Translations under genes and position numbers: made by a program | DNA from: the human T2T-CHM13v2.0 reference genome, Homo sapiens | Length of the DNA: 64,000 bases | Assembly: GCF_009914755.1 (NCBI RefSeq) | Contig: NC_060939.1 | Strand: one strand, 5' to 3' | The notes under the pieces: generated by a model | What the model saw: only the letters and a program-made list of their open reading frames with translations | What the model was told of the DNA's origin: nothing | Databases searched by the model: none | Shown: positions 1 through 14,535 of the stretch, piece by piece | Position numbering within the stretch: position 1 is the stretch's first letter | Layout: each line of letters starts with the position of its first letter

Positions 1-43
1 CATGGGCCCAGTTCAGGTAGCGCTCGCAGTTCCTGGGGGTGTC
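1..43 (-). CDS. RASL12: RASL12 coding exon 4, partial (continues off the window)
   Basis: Acceptor ...ccttcaccccag| then GAC ACC CCC AGG AAC TGC GAG CGC TAC CTG AAC TGG GCC CAT (DTPRNCERYLNWAH); phase 0 matches the end of exon 3. Confidence 0.95.
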
Positions 44-770
44 CTGGGGTGAAGGAGAGAAGCCCCGCCGGGGGGCAGAGGAGGTTGGGGTAAAGGCCTT
101 CACCTGAGCCGCCCAATCCCACCTCCCCACTCCCCGGTCTTTGTATATTGTTTCTCAGCAGAGCCCTTTCAAAGGGGCACTTGAGTGTGGATTTGGCTTG
201 GTGTGAAAGGAGACATTGTCTCATGAACCTCCCTCCCACCACCCAGCCAGAGACTTGGAGACCTTGGCCCCTTGGGCCCAGAGCCAAAGACTCTGGCATG
301 GTCCCTACAGAGACCTGGCTGTCCCTGGGCACCACTGGTTTTGGGTTGAGTTCATGCTGCCCCTTTGGCTTCTGAGAGTAACTGGCATCCAGCCTTGGCA
401 GGGGGTGGTGAGGACATGGGGGGAGACTTGTGTGTGGGAGAGACCTGGGCCGAGGGGCTCTCACCAGGAGCATCTGTGTAAACAGGTGTGCACCTGTCTC
501 CTCGTGTGCACAGGCACAGAGCCCCACAGCACAGGATCTCAGAGCAGATGCCAGCAACCATCATGTCTCTCGAGGCCCTGTCCCATCCTTCTCATTTGGC
601 AAAGGAAGGATTCAGACCCAGAGAGGTCAAGTGCCTCATTCAGGGTTACACAGCAAAGTTGAGCTTAAAAGGCATCTAAATGCCTATCTGAGGTCCCGCA
701 CTCTGGGCCAGGACTTCTCAGGAGGCTATACTGACTCACAGCAGTGCATAGGTAATGGAGGTAATGTTAC

Positions 771-844
771 CAGGTCTGCAGTGTCCATGACCCTCAGGTG
801 GACAGGCTGGTGGTCCACAGTCTCCTCGGAGCTGTAGGTGTCCT
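771..844 (-). CDS. RASL12: RASL12 coding exon 3 (74 nt)
   Basis: ttgtag|AG GAC ACC...GAC CTG|gtaaca; encodes (E)DTYSSEETVDHQPVHLRVMDTADL, the Ras beta2/beta3 and G3 region. Confidence 0.96.
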
Positions 845-1729
845 CTACAACACAGATGGTTAGCCAGGTCAGACACAGTGCCTTGGGTGTAAGTTTGAGC
901 TTCCCTCTGTGCTAGACCCCTGTGTGGCCTGGGGGGACCTTAGCAGCTGCTCTGGGGCTGGGACCACTGGAAAGTCCTTGGTTCTCACCCACATGGAGGC
1001 TACAGGCAGAACCTCCCACCAAGGAGATGCTGCTCCACCTGCAGGGCTCAGCATCAGTGGTCACTCACAGACCACACCTCGGGGGTGGGTCTGTGTTCTG
1101 GATCCACACACAAAACCAGCAGGATAGAGTCGAGTGTGTGGCCCCTAGACCCTGTTAGCAGCACAGGCTGGCTCAGGAGCAACACTGCTAGCCCCTCTAT
1201 CCCAGAACCCCAGGCTTTCCCACTCTCTTCCCCCTCAACCAACCTCCTGTCCCCAGTGGGAGAAGAGACAAGGGAAAAGAGAAGTACACAATACAATGGA
1301 AGGAATGGCAGTCAGACCCCTTTTAGAAGTTCCGAGAAGGTTTTACAAATAATCCTTGTCAACATGACAGCAGGGGAGTCTAGTGTAGTCAGAAGTTTTC
1401 AGTTGGAGAATGTGGTATTAAACCCAATGTCAGCTGCTTTTTAGCTTTGTGACTTGGCCAAATCACTTCAGCTCTCTGAGGCTGTTTCCTCATTTTAAAA
1501 TGGGAACACTGTGATAACATTGCTAACAGTTTCCAAGCCTTTCCTTTGTCCCAGGCGCTGTGCTAAGTGCTTGACATTAGCTCATTTAACGGTCCCATCT
1601 CCCAGGGCTCTGTAAGAACTGGATGGGCCCCCCAGGCATGGGGCCTGGCTCACCATACATGCCTGGTGAGGGCAGTGGGAATGATGGTGTTCCAAAGTTA
1701 ATAGGGCAGGATCACATTCCCAGGTGATT

Positions 1730-1930
1730 TTTTTTTTAACTTTTGAAATAACTTTAGACTGACATAGAAGTTGTAAAATAGTAGAGTTCCTGTGTACTCT
1801 TCACCCAGCTTCCCCCAGTGTCATCACCTTACATAACCATAGCCCAATGATCAAAAAGAAATTTACATTGATACCATACTATGAACCAAACTAGTGACCT
1901 TATTTGAATTTCTCGAGTTGTTACTTTTTT
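1730..1930 (-). mobile_element. Old L1 (L1MC/ME-like) 3' fragment
   Basis: Resembles ancient L1 3' ends (tttgaaataactttagact...tcttcacccagcttcccc...ttacataaccatag); subfamily uncertain. Confidence 0.55.
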
Positions 1931-3193
1931 TATATATATGGTTCTCATGATCTCAAATCTGAGAAAGCAACAAGTGGCCAGGCATGCAGAGGACCTTGCG
2001 GCCATGTTGGCAGTCATTCTCTGCACCCCCAATCTGTGCCTGTGTCATTGGCCCACATGTGTGAGTGCACTTGGTTATCACCTTTCCCTAGGTGTCCCCT
2101 GCCCCTAGTGACCCTAAAGAAGTCACCTTTTGGCAGAACTGGGGTGGTCTCTGCCTTCCTGGCAGCATCCACTGTGAGAGGGCACGCCCCCAACCCTGGC
2201 TGAATTTATAGTCAAACACTTCTTTCTGAGGGCCACTGGCAGCCAAGCTGGCCTGGACACACTCCAGGTCCACTAGCATCCAGCATGAATCACAGACAGC
2301 TTCTTGTCCCCAGCCTGCTTTGGGGACTTGGATAAATAGCTGCTCTTATGCAAAGACAAAAAAAATCTAATGGAAACTATGTTCCAAATGTTTAACTATA
2401 TTTGGTCCAAGAAGAGCTGCCCCTAGATGCTTACATCGCTTTCAGATCTGTCTTTATTTTCCAGTCAAAGATGTCAGATGCACCCCTTTTAGGAGTTCCC
2501 CTCAATGGGCGCAGTGTCCTGCCCAGCCCAGTGAAAGGCGCTAGCTCAACCTTGGTCTCCTGCCCACAGCATGACAGCCTTTCAAGGTTGCTGTTAGCTC
2601 CATTGTAGAGAGATGGCAAGGTGAGGCCCAGAGAAGGGATCTCACCCAAGGCCACACAGCACCTAATCAGCAGAAGGAACTTGAACTCAGGGCTTCCAGG
2701 CTGGGCTGTGTTCACAATGGGACCCCCTCACCCCGTGACTGCTCAGTGAATCAGCCCACCCTCCAGCTCTGTCTGGGCAGAGTACAAGGGAAGACCAGAA
2801 TCGCCCAGTCTGGTGGGGATGTGGAACATGCCTGCATGAGCTGGAAGAAGCCTTGGAGCTCGTACTGTCCAGCCTCCCTTTATAGAAGAAGTGACAGGCC
2901 TCAGGGGCTGGGGCAGGAGTGAGGGGCTCCTTTCCCAGTCACAGTAATGTCCAGACTTCCTATCATCAAGTCCCTGCCTCAGAGTACTCTGGTGTCCTTA
3001 AATATATGGGTTTCCTAACACCTGGTTGTAATTAATATCCTGTGGACTTTTGGGTAGAGAGAAGAGTCATTTCCCAAAGTTTTGAATTTGCCGATGTTTT
3101 CCTCTCATTTATAGTAATAATTTTTAAATGGCACCACAGAAGCTCACGTCAGAGTGTATACAGGGTGCTGCCTCAGAAATGGTGCCTATGTTG

Positions 3194-3694
<501 letters not shown>

Positions 3695-5619
3695 TCAGCT
3701 ACTACCAGCTCTAACAGCCACACCCCAGAAAACGGTGCAACTCTTACACAGCCAGAGCACAGGCTATTGGTCCCATCTTCCAGATGGGGAAACCACAGCT
3801 CAGAGGGCCCCATGCCACACAGACCTCTGACTCCAGGCCCTCTATGACATGAGGCTGCTCCTAGCGGAGAGCAACTGGAGCCATGCCTCGTCTTCCTTTG
3901 TGCCTGAGGGTCTCCATAATCTTAAGGCAAATCACTGAGCCCTCTCTTCCTCCATTTCTCCACCTATAAAATGAGGATCGTGATAGGAGCTCTTCTTTAA
4001 AGGGTAATCCTAAAACCAAAATTTACCACCCCCCCAGTTAAACCCTCATCTACACTGAAGCTAGTACTGTGCTACCTGCTGGAAATGGGAATGAATCTCC
4101 ACCCTCAAGGCTCACCAAATGAGCTCAGGCTCTCAGAAGACCTAGGAAGGGCTTAGAGAGTTGTTTTACCAGCATTGCTGATGGCTAGCTCCCCAATGGA
4201 ATGTGGAGACCTTTATCCACAGAAGGAAAGGTTCTCATCTGTCTCTGCTGCTGCTGGAACCAACAATGGGACAGTGGCCGGAATGTTTAGGCCCCTCCTA
4301 GCAGAACCTTCGAGGAGTGGCACTGGCCTCCCAGAGAGTCTGAGGGGAGAATGTCTGGTTGGCTCTCTGACTCGTGGGCTGTCAGTGTAGTGTGAGAGAC
4401 CACAGACCAAGGGGACTGACCATTGTGGGGCTGCCCACTTCCCAGACAGTCTGCCCACGCATTCCACTACCAGGTCAGAACTCCAAAATTATTCAATCAG
4501 GAGGCTCAAACCACCACCCTAATAGGCTCATCCGGTGGGACCCTGTGACAGTATCAATTGGAAGGCAGGGAGGAAGACAGACTGGAGGTGAGATGCCAGG
4601 AAAAATACAAGATGCCCAGTTAAATCTGAATCTCAAAAAAAAAAGGAATAATTTTTGGTATAAGCATGACCCATGCAATATTTGAATTAGGCCGAATATG
4701 TCTTTTGAGTCCCTGCCCTTGGGAATTCCCCTTGTCCTTTCCCAGACACTGTGTCTGCTTGTGTGCCTTTCCTTCCTGTCCTCCCACCTCACCTCTGTCC
4801 TCAGTTTCTCCACCCCATCTCTATTCCATGCTCTGGCCTCTTCCAACACCTCGCCGGCCAGTGCACCATTGCATCCTGTGTCCTCCTCTCTCTGGAGCTG
4901 ACCTCTGCTAATCAAAGGGCCTCCTCTGGGTGACCTTGGCCCAGAGTCTTCAGCTCCTTGGGCCTGTTTCCTCCACTGTAGCACTGAAGGGCTGTGCCAA
5001 GGCACCGGGGGTCAAGCAGAGCTTCGAGGAACAAATCTCTTAGGGACTGTCACCATGTCACCTGCCCTGCATCCCTGACTTACCCATGGGAACCCCTTTG
5101 CTCTCTCTGTTTGACACCCTGGGGTTCTGTTTAAAATCTGGAAGAAGGATTCTGCTACCTAAGGAAAAGCTTTTTTAAACAAGGGGACTAAATAGCCCTG
5201 ATGTCTCTGCCTGCTGCAACACTGGTGCTGGACTCCAGCCTGAACTAAGGGGCTGGGCACCACTAGGGTAAGGAGCTCTCCCCTCCAGGTGCGGCAGGAG
5301 CGCTGGATCAGGGGCCTGCTGCAGGGAGCGCAGGGGGTTTCCACTGTGTCACAAAGCCTTGGGCTTCTTTGGAGGGCTCTCAGGGGTCCCATGAATGCTT
5401 TAATTGATTTTTATGAATGGGGAAAATAATCCAAGACTGCAACACCCATTTTCTAAAGGCTAAGATCATCCAGACACCTTATGGCTCTCAGTGAACAGTT
5501 TACAATAGACAAATGTTATACATGTGAGCTTTAAGCAACATTTATACTAATAAAATCCTGCTTTGATTTGTTTTAGAAGGGAATCTAAGCTATTGTGTAT
5601 GGGAATCCATTTGAGGAGG

Positions 5620-5850
5620 AAGGAAAAGCAAAAATGCATTGAGTGCCTACTGTGGGTCAAGTACTAGGCTGGATCTTTTACATGTGCTATTTCTTTAATC
5701 CTCACAGCAATTCTCTAACTATTTTTTAATGCCCATTTTACAGATGAGGAAACAGTAGCTCAGAGAGGTTAGCTGACTGGCTCAAGGTTGCCAATAAGGA
5801 GCAGAGCCAGGTAGGATTCAAACCCAGCTCTGACTGACACCGAAACGTTC
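5620..5850. mobile_element. MIR SINE
   Basis: MIR core cccattttacagatgaggaaac...gctcagagaggttag. Confidence 0.7.
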
Positions 5851-6019
5851 CTTTTTCCAATATACCATGATGCAGCGATGAAAACAACAGTTGTTTTCTC
5901 ATACGGTTAAAAAACTGGTTCAGAAGCCAGCACCACTAGAGAATTTCTCGAATGTCCTGCCCAGGTTTTCTGGAAGAGAACACTGAGTGACCATCTTGAA
6001 GAATAATACCTATTTGTTT

Positions 6020-6316
<297 letters not shown>

Positions 6317-6639
6317 CAAGAATAATACCTGTTTGGATGTGGATGTCTTGCTATGTTTATTTTTATTTTTTAAAGTTTTTTCACACCTCATATTTTAGGG
6401 TAAATCAGCCTCTCTTAGTTCTGTGAATTAGGCCAACCCCCCAGTTGTCTGGGGTGGGCTGTGGAAGGGGTATTTCTGACACTTAAAACATTTTCCCCCA
6501 TGGGCTGGGTCATCCTGGTGGCTTCTCCCTTCTGTCCCCAGACATGCAGTCCTGGTCAGTGCCCACCCACGGGGTAGGTCCCAGGAGAGCACTCCAGATG
6601 GGGCACAGGCAGCAGAAGGTACGGGGAGTAGTTTCTTAC

Positions 6640-6696
6640 CCAAGTTGGGGTCATATTCACTGATAAACCTCTTGGTCAGAAACTTCACGGTCAGGG
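6640..6696 (-). CDS. RASL12: RASL12 coding exon 2 (57 nt)
   Basis: cttcttgcag|CC CTG ACC...AAC TTG G|gtaaga; encodes (A)LTVKFLTKRFISEYDPNL, the Ras switch I/effector region; phase 1 at both ends. Confidence 0.96.
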
Positions 6697-7427
6697 CTGC
6701 AAGAAGCAGAAAGAGGTTGGCTCCATCTCCGCGGCCATGTCTAGCTGCTGGCCCCTCGTTTAAGGGAGGCCTTATCTAACCTCTGTGATCCCCGGCTGAC
6801 ACCAAGCTCAGCTCTCCCAGAGAATGAAGCTAGGGAACTGAGGAATTGGTTTGAAAGGCTCAGAAGGAAACCAGAACTACGGGGAGCCAAGTGCCTCTAA
6901 TTGCACCGTGGGAATTTTTTTTAATGGCAAGGAAAGCAATGAGTGGCAAGCCTAAGGGGTGTTTGGAAGGTATGAACTCAGGGGTCAGGACCCATGCAAC
7001 CATTACCCTAGAGTCAGCCTGGTGAAACCTCAACTGAAGGGAGGTGTCGCCCACCCCGGACAAGTCACAGAGATTCTGAAGTGTGGGGCTATTTACTCCA
7101 GGCTTTAGCTACAAGCCAAAAACACAGGAAGAGCAGAGTTGATTGCAGTGGTTGATCTTTGGGAAGGGTATAAATCCCCAAGTGCCTGGGCTTTCCAGGT
7201 AAGGTCCAGGTGAGGTCTGTGTCCCGAAGAAACACACTCTGGTCCTGGTCTCCCACATCGCAAGTCTTGGCTTTCTCTGGGGCCTCTACACTCATCATGG
7301 ATATCTCAGCAAAATGTAAAACTCAAGAATTAAGCTCTCTTTGGTTCAGAGTGTAGCCATATAAAGCAAAGACCAGCCAACTACTATACTGGACCCTCAA
7401 AAAGTAATGTTCGCTACTGCTTGTTTG

Positions 7428-7697
7428 GAAAGAAAGAAAAGAGAAGAGAAGAGAAGAGTAGAGAAGAGAAGAGAAGAGAAGAGTAGAGAAGAGAGAGAAT
7501 AAAAGAAAGAGAAGGAAAGAGAAAGAAAGAAGAAAGAGAGAGAAAGAAGAAAGAAAAAAAAGAAAGAAGAAGAGAGGGATGAAGGGAAGGAGGGAGGGAG
7601 GGAAAAGAGAAAGAGAAAAAGGAAGGAAGAAAAGAGAAAGAAACAAAGACAGAAAGATAGAAAGAAAGAAAGAAAAAGAAAAAAGAAAGAAAGAAAA
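7428..7697. repeat. GA-rich low-complexity / compound microsatellite (GAAGA, GAAA, GGGA units)
   Basis: About 270 nt that is almost purely purine on the + strand. Confidence 0.95.
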
Positions 7698-7699
7698 GT

Positions 7700-7940
7700 A
7701 ATGGGATGCCTGTAATTCCAGTGCTTTGGGATTGAGACCAGCCTGGGCAATGCAGTGACACTGTTATCTCTAAAAAAATTGAAAAATTAACCAGGCATGG
7801 TGGTATGCCTGTAGTCCTAGCTACTCAGGAGGCTGAGAGGGAAGATCACTTGAGCTCAGGAGTTTGAGGCTATAGTGAGTCATGATCGCGCCATTGTACT
7901 CCAGCCTGAGTGACAGAGACACTGTCTTAAAAAAAAAAAA
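7700..7940 (+). mobile_element. AluJ-like, degenerate
   Basis: gcctgtaattccagtgctttggg...ccagcctgagtgacagag followed by an A tail. Confidence 0.8.
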
Positions 7941-9099
7941 GTGACATTGTGAATAAAATCCTTAAAATTCTTTCCTAGGATTCCTAACGGTGTCAGTTTG
8001 CAAACTAATACCCAGGGAATACATATTTTAAAATTTAAATTCTTTCTTTTATGTAGTCACTGGCTAAACGGTACCGGTTACAGAGCTACGGATAACAATC
8101 TGATTTTCAAAGGGCAAATCTTTCAAAGGAAGAGGGTAATCCCTTCTGTAGGAAAACCAGATTCAGAGTCCCCTCTCTGGGGGTGGGGCTGGCTTCAAAA
8201 TCAGAGAGTAGGCCCCCAGTGAGTCTTACAGAACACTCTGGGGAGGAAACCCACAGCCAGCTGAGCTTGGGTTGGCCATCACTAACGGCTAAAACTGGAA
8301 AAACAGCCAGTGGAGGACCCCTTCTGCCCTCCCTCCTTCAGCCAGCCAGGAGTGGCATAGTTCAGTGTTGACACAAATTATCTCAATGGAAGCCCAAGAT
8401 CTTGGCTCATCAAGGACAATCCCATGCACCTGGAACCATAACCCAATGTGTTTCCAGAAAGTTGAGAGGGGTCTGGCTTGAAACGAACACATTTGATAAG
8501 AATGCACAACTTGTCCCAGAATCCCAGGGAATGGGGGTGGGAGTGGGGGAGTGGACCTTCCCTGAGAAATCTCAACAGCTAGTGACTTCACCAGCTCCCT
8601 TCTACGGGGAGGGGGTGTGGAGGGGGAGGGGTTGGACGGGAAGTCTTCCCCCAAGCCTAATCAGGGAGTAGCAAGGCTGCGACTAAGCTCAAAGAGGCGC
8701 CTTGGGTAGGGGGATCAGTGCCCAACAGGTCCCTTTGAAGCCAGTCGCCAGGACTGACTGCTGGCCCCAGGGTAGGTCATAGGGGTGGGGGTTGGAAGGT
8801 TGGTGGCAGGGGAGACCGACCAGTAAAGGACTCCGAGACACACAAGAGAGAGGGGAGAGACAGCAGGGGTCACTGATACGGAGGACAGAGACAGTGGGAA
8901 GACACAAAGGGAAGAGGCAGGCAGGGAACAGAAGACAGAGATGGTGGAGCTGAGCACAAAGCCGAGAGAAGAGAAAGCCCGGCAACAGGGAAACTGAGGC
9001 AAAGAAAATCACGGTGTCTTGTGCGACCCTCCTGGGTGAAGGAAGCTCCCCAAGCCAGTGGAAGAACCTGCCCCCAAGAGCACAGCCCACTGTCCCCCC

Positions 9100-9640
9100 A
9101 CCCACGCCCAGCTCCGCACTTGGCGGCTCAGGCTCCCCGGCGCCACTCACCAGACTTGCCAGCCCCGCGGCGCCCCAGGATGGCCAGGTTGACCTCGAGG
9201 GGCGCGCTCTGAGGCCCGCTGCCCGCGCGGGGTTTTCCAAACACCGAGGACATGGCGACGCCCTGGACGGCCACGCAGGTCTGCGGCCGGTGGGCCCCGC
9301 GCAGTGCGCCCGCCCGTCGGGGCCCAGGGGAGCGGGATGCAGGCTTCCCTGGAGCGCGCGGCCCCGGACCCGTCGGCGTCCGCGCCCTCGGCCCCGCGTC
9401 CAGCGGGCTGCCACCCCGCGGGGAGGAGGGGCCGGTGGAGCCTGGCGGGCGGGGCCACCCCAAGCGCCACCAAATTCCTTGTAAGGGCTGCGGAGCCCCC
9501 CGCGGGGCGCGCTCAGCCGGCTCCTGGAGCAGGGAGGGAGCTCCTGCCGGCCGCGCCCCCACCGCCGGGCTGGGCCTCGAGGACCCTGCCGTCACCCTCC
9601 CGAGCGCCCCCAAACCCGGCCGGGAAGGAGCAGAGAAGGA
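9100..9640. promoter_or_regulatory. RASL12: CpG island / main RASL12 promoter
   Basis: Very GC- and CpG-dense stretch with GC boxes (gggcgggg) spanning exon 1 and its upstream region. Confidence 0.85.
9151..9253 (-). CDS. RASL12: RASL12 coding exon 1 (RAS-like family 12 small GTPase N-terminus)
   Basis: gccATG at 9253; MSSVFGKPRAGSGPQSAPLEVNLAILGRRGAGKS with P-loop GxxxxGKS; donor G|gtgagt at 9151/9150; 103 nt, phase 1. Confidence 0.96.
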
Positions 9641-11475
9641 GCCCCAGGGCTAGGGGGAGAGAGGGGAAGGATGTTTGCACTCTTCCCTGAACCTCCCACT
9701 CAATCTCTTTTCACCAGCAAGAAAATCCACCCCTCCCTTTGTTCTACCAAGCCAGCCCCGCCTCCTCCTCCAGGAAGCTTCCTGGGTTCAATTCCAAGCC
9801 TTGCCCTTTCTTTAGCTCAGCCTTGGCACTCTATATCCCCAATCACATTATTCTGCCCTTTGCTGTGGAGACTCTAGAGGCCTCACTGCAGAACCCATTC
9901 GGAACCCAGGCTTCTGGGAGAGGGGGCGGGGCGGAGAGAACCCCTCACTAAGATTTCAGGGCCAATATGGGTTCAGCTTCAAGAAACCTAATCCATTCTG
10001 AATTACTGTCTCTCCCTAATGGGAGCTAATGAGTTGCATGTGTTTGTGGCCTGTTGTGTAAATGGGGTGTTTGTTCTAAAACCTGGCACTGCCTCTTGCC
10101 TACAGCAATTCTGGGATTGGTGGTGAGCCTGGCAGGGGTCCCCTGGTCATTCCCCTTGGGACTCAGGGTAAATCTGGTCATACCAAAGACAGGGCAAAGG
10201 GCCCACACCACGAACCTGGACACTTAGGATCTAGTGCTAGCTCCTGCCCTAGAGTAATCTTGGGCAAGTCACCTTGCTTCTTTGGGCTTCGGTGTCCCCA
10301 TATATAAATACTGAAGGAAGGGGAAAATGAAGCAAAATAGAGAGTGACAGAATCAGCCCTGGGCTCCAGGCCTGCGTACATTCTAGAACCCTGTGAGGCA
10401 TCTCTTCTGGAGTACGCTCCAGGTTAGAGCAGGGAAAGGCATGGGAGCCTCAGAGACCTCTCACGGCAGCCCTTCTCCTTCCCCTTCCCGCAGATGGTTA
10501 ACTCATCTACCCACCCACCCACAGAGGAACCATGGAAAACCAGGTGTGCAGGCAGGGCCCAGGGTCAGAGCTGGATGGTAATAACGACTCTTCAATGAAG
10601 AACAATTATTTTCCTGGCCAGGACATGAATATTGACTCAGCCTAGTTGTGTTTTGGGGAAATCATGGTAAACCAGCTGTGTTATTAAGGTAGTGGGTGGA
10701 ATTTGTTTAGATTACACTCTCAGGCCAGAATTAGTCACACAGCTAATGGCCAAGGGTTTTCCTTTGAGTTGTAGGAGTTGAGAAAGTGGGAGCCAAGTTC
10801 CAGTCACATCCCTGGGCTGGCCCCATTCTGTGAAGACAGACTGGTTCCAGATGGGGCCTTTGGGGATAGAACCAATCTCAATGGACAACTGCTGGAGGCA
10901 GGGCTAACTGTGGGCCTGCACGGGCCCAACTGCATGTAAACTTAAGCTCTGCTACTTCTCAGCTTGTGTGATGCTGGGATGTTACTTGACCTCTATGTGG
11001 TCTGTTTCCTCATCTTTAAAACTTGACCAACCAGGAGATGGGAGCTGCAAGATTCTAGCTCAGTCTGAGGGTGAACTCTGTAACCATCTGACTGTCCATA
11101 GTTAGAAGGGACTGTCTTTGGTGGAACTCAACCCCTCTCCCCTGACACTGGCAGCAACCAAGGGAGTGACCACGTCAAGGAAGTGTTAGAGAAGAGACGC
11201 CTTCATGACTCGAATGTTGCAGTAAGATGACCCTTAATTCTCTTCCAGTTCAGAGATTATTTGAGCTGGTGGCCACCTGGTTACTGGGGCCCTCAACTGT
11301 GACAGCTCATTGCTCAAAGTCTGCCCCTTCTCTGAGGCTTGGGAGGAAAACAGTGCCCACCTCATGGCTGCGACCTATCCTTTTCTCCATCCCCAGTTTC
11401 CTCACCCAGGGGCTGCTACTGTCAGACCCTGGAATAAACTACTTTGCCCTTCTGGGTCTCTGTTCCTCATCTTCA

Positions 11476-11826
<351 letters not shown>

Positions 11827-14301
11827 CTACAAAGAAGTCATAACCGTTTAGTGACCAGAAGTTTGTACACTTCAGATCAAGAGAGAGGTTATTCTGCTAG
11901 GGCAGGTAACCCAACTCTCCTTACCCTCTACCCCCAACCCTCATCAAGGGTCTCATAGGAGGCCCCCAGGCACTCAAAATCTAGAGGATGTGGCACCAGG
12001 CCCAGCAGTGGGCATGCAGCAGGTGCTCAATAGATACCTCTGGAGTGAACGACTGGAGCAAATATAGGTCTAGACACGTAGGGCCTGTGAGGTTTTCCTG
12101 ACGGCAGGACCTACCCTTGCCACCCAACCCCCAGGAGCCCTTTCATATAAAGCTAAGCTTTTGGTACCCTTTCGCGATGTGGTTGCCTCTTCTGGAGGCA
12201 CAACATGACAACCACTTCTGTGGTTGTCGAATGATAAATTCACATGTCAAAGGGGAACAGAACCTTAGAAGGCAGATTCAAATTCCACTTTACAGATGAA
12301 GCACTGTAGCCTGAAGAGTTTGGGTAGCTTTTGTAAGTCAGTGGTGGCACCAGCATCAGAGCCCAGGCAGGAGTCCTGACTCCCAGTCCAGTGCTCTTCC
12401 TCCTCTAGGTCCAGGCAGTACAAGCCACTCACTACCCTATGTGCAGAAACATCTATGTGCATAAGTGGCAAGGGCCAGGGCGTTCCCATCAGACTTCAGA
12501 GAGTGGGGGTGTCTCCCAGGGGCAAGGGTTATATCTTCTCTATCAGACTGGAGACTCCCACAGGTTAGCGCCCCAGAGAGTCTACTTAACAGACGCCTAC
12601 TGTATGCCCATCGTTGTGAATACAGGGATAAACAACACTGGGTCTGTGCTCTAGAAAGGCTCAGAGTCTGAGGCAGGCTCCTTTCTCCTTTCTTTGCCCC
12701 CATCCCCAACCTCACACAGTGTGGGGGATGCGGAGTAGAGAGGGAGGTTGGTGTGGGGTCGAGCAGGGCCTGGGAACTCTGTGGGCTGCCCACAGCCAGG
12801 ATAGTTCCTTGTCCTCTCCAAATCCCAGAGGGACACTCAGTGTCCAGGAGGAGGAAACTCTCCCCAGCTGTAGGCAACACCCCACCGGGGCCTTGGGGGC
12901 GGGACCAAAGGGCTGATCCTCAGCCCAGCCTCAGGAAAACATGACCCCCCACCTTGGATGACCGTCTCCCCACTGTCTGGCTGCTGGAGGTAGAAACTGG
13001 GTGGGTGCCCGAGCCCCAGCCCACTCAAGGCAGGGCTGGACTTGGAAAAAATCAAGCCAAGAGCAAACTTCAGCCAGGAGGGGTTTGCACTCCCTCCTTC
13101 TCCTGCTCTCAGGAGAGGGCCTGGCAATGGTTCCATCTGGTTGTGTCTGCCAGTTACTAGGTGTCTGGAACAGGCCATTTGGGAGGGAACTGTAGTCCCG
13201 GGACTATGCAGCAGCCCTGGCCCCCTGGGAGTCAGCCCTTCTCCAGCCCTGCCCCCAGCAGAAGGCAACTGTTTCCCTGCCCTGAGACAAGGCTAGTGCA
13301 GGTGAGGAGTGGCAGCTAGGGTCAGTGGGCAGGGTTCGATTGAGCCTCACATCCCCATTCATAACCAAGGAAAAGCCCAAATCATTTCTAAGCCTTTGTT
13401 TCCTCGTCTGTGAAATGGGAATAGTCAGACACTCTTTCCCTACCACTAAGGCCACCAGCAAGGACACAGTCAAGACCCAGCACTGAGAGCCCACTGGTCC
13501 CCAAGATTGGGACTGTCATGCCTGCTGCCTGGACATCCCAGACCATTCAGCCAATATCTGGCCTTGGGGAAAGAAAGAAACTGGCAGAGGGCCTGGGATA
13601 GTATTCATGGGGACTTCTGCCCACCCATCCCCCCATCTCCTCCTCCTCTTCCTGTCTGGTCCCTGGGGCAGAGTCAGAGATATTTCTGGCTGCCTCCTCC
13701 AGGCCTCTGGCTTCCCAGGCTCACACAAGTGGTCCCCACATCCCATCACTGCTTTGATGGAGTGAACTGGATGGGAGTTCCCTAGCAGGGGAGGCACATT
13801 TGTGTTGGCTCTGCAGATTCATACGTGAGGATCTATGCATATGTATCCTAAGGGGGAGAGAAGTTCCCCTGCCTCTTCCCACCTTCTACTTGGTCATTGT
13901 GAGCCACTCATTCTCCCTAAGAAGGCCTGCAGGTAAGGATGGGGAGCTAAACATCTGAATGGCAGATACCATTTTACACGTCTGGGCCTCAGTTTCCTCA
14001 CCTTAGAATAGGTGGCAAGAGGAGATAATTATTAAGCTCCATTCCATCCCAAGCTCCACTTTTGGACCCATAGTTTTAGCTGGTCACCTAGAAAAGTTCT
14101 GTGTAGTGGGAAAAGTGCCATGGAGTGGGCAGCAGGAGGCCTGAGGCTGTCTGCTTCAAGCTACAAGACCCTGAGCACTTCCCTCCACTGTGAGAGGATT
14201 GAACCATATGAGCCTGAGGTGCCTTTCAGCTATGCCCTCCTGACACAAGGTGACTGCCCAGCATTTGTAGCACAGAGAGGCATCGGAGCACAGTGGTATG
14301 G

Positions 14302-14535
14302 CCCAGCACTTTGGGAGGCCGAGGTGAGAGGATCACTTGAGGTCAAGAGTTCAAGACCAGCCTGGCCAACAAGGTGAAACCCCGTCTCTACTGAAAATAC
14401 AAAAATTAACCAGGTGTGGGTTACTCTGTCACTCTGGGTGACAGAGTGAGACTCCGTCTCAAAAAAAGAAACAAACAAACAAAAAAACCCCAAACCAACG
14501 AACCAAACAAACAAACAAAAACCGACAACAAAAAA
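14302..14535 (+). mobile_element. Rearranged Alu (left arm plus 3' tip of right arm) with AAAC-type tail
   Basis: 13-bp TSD cacagtggtatgg at 14289-14301 and 14536-14548. Confidence 0.85.

Noticed and set aside
7323-7761. Phe/Leu/Ser-rich membrane-protein-like ORFs (also 45376-45865)
   Set aside because: Translations of GA-rich microsatellites and Alu sequence.
8689-9690. Multiple 100-240 aa ORFs around RASL12 exon 1
   Set aside because: CpG-island artefacts rich in Arg/Gly/Pro; only 9151-9253 fits the spliced Ras frame.
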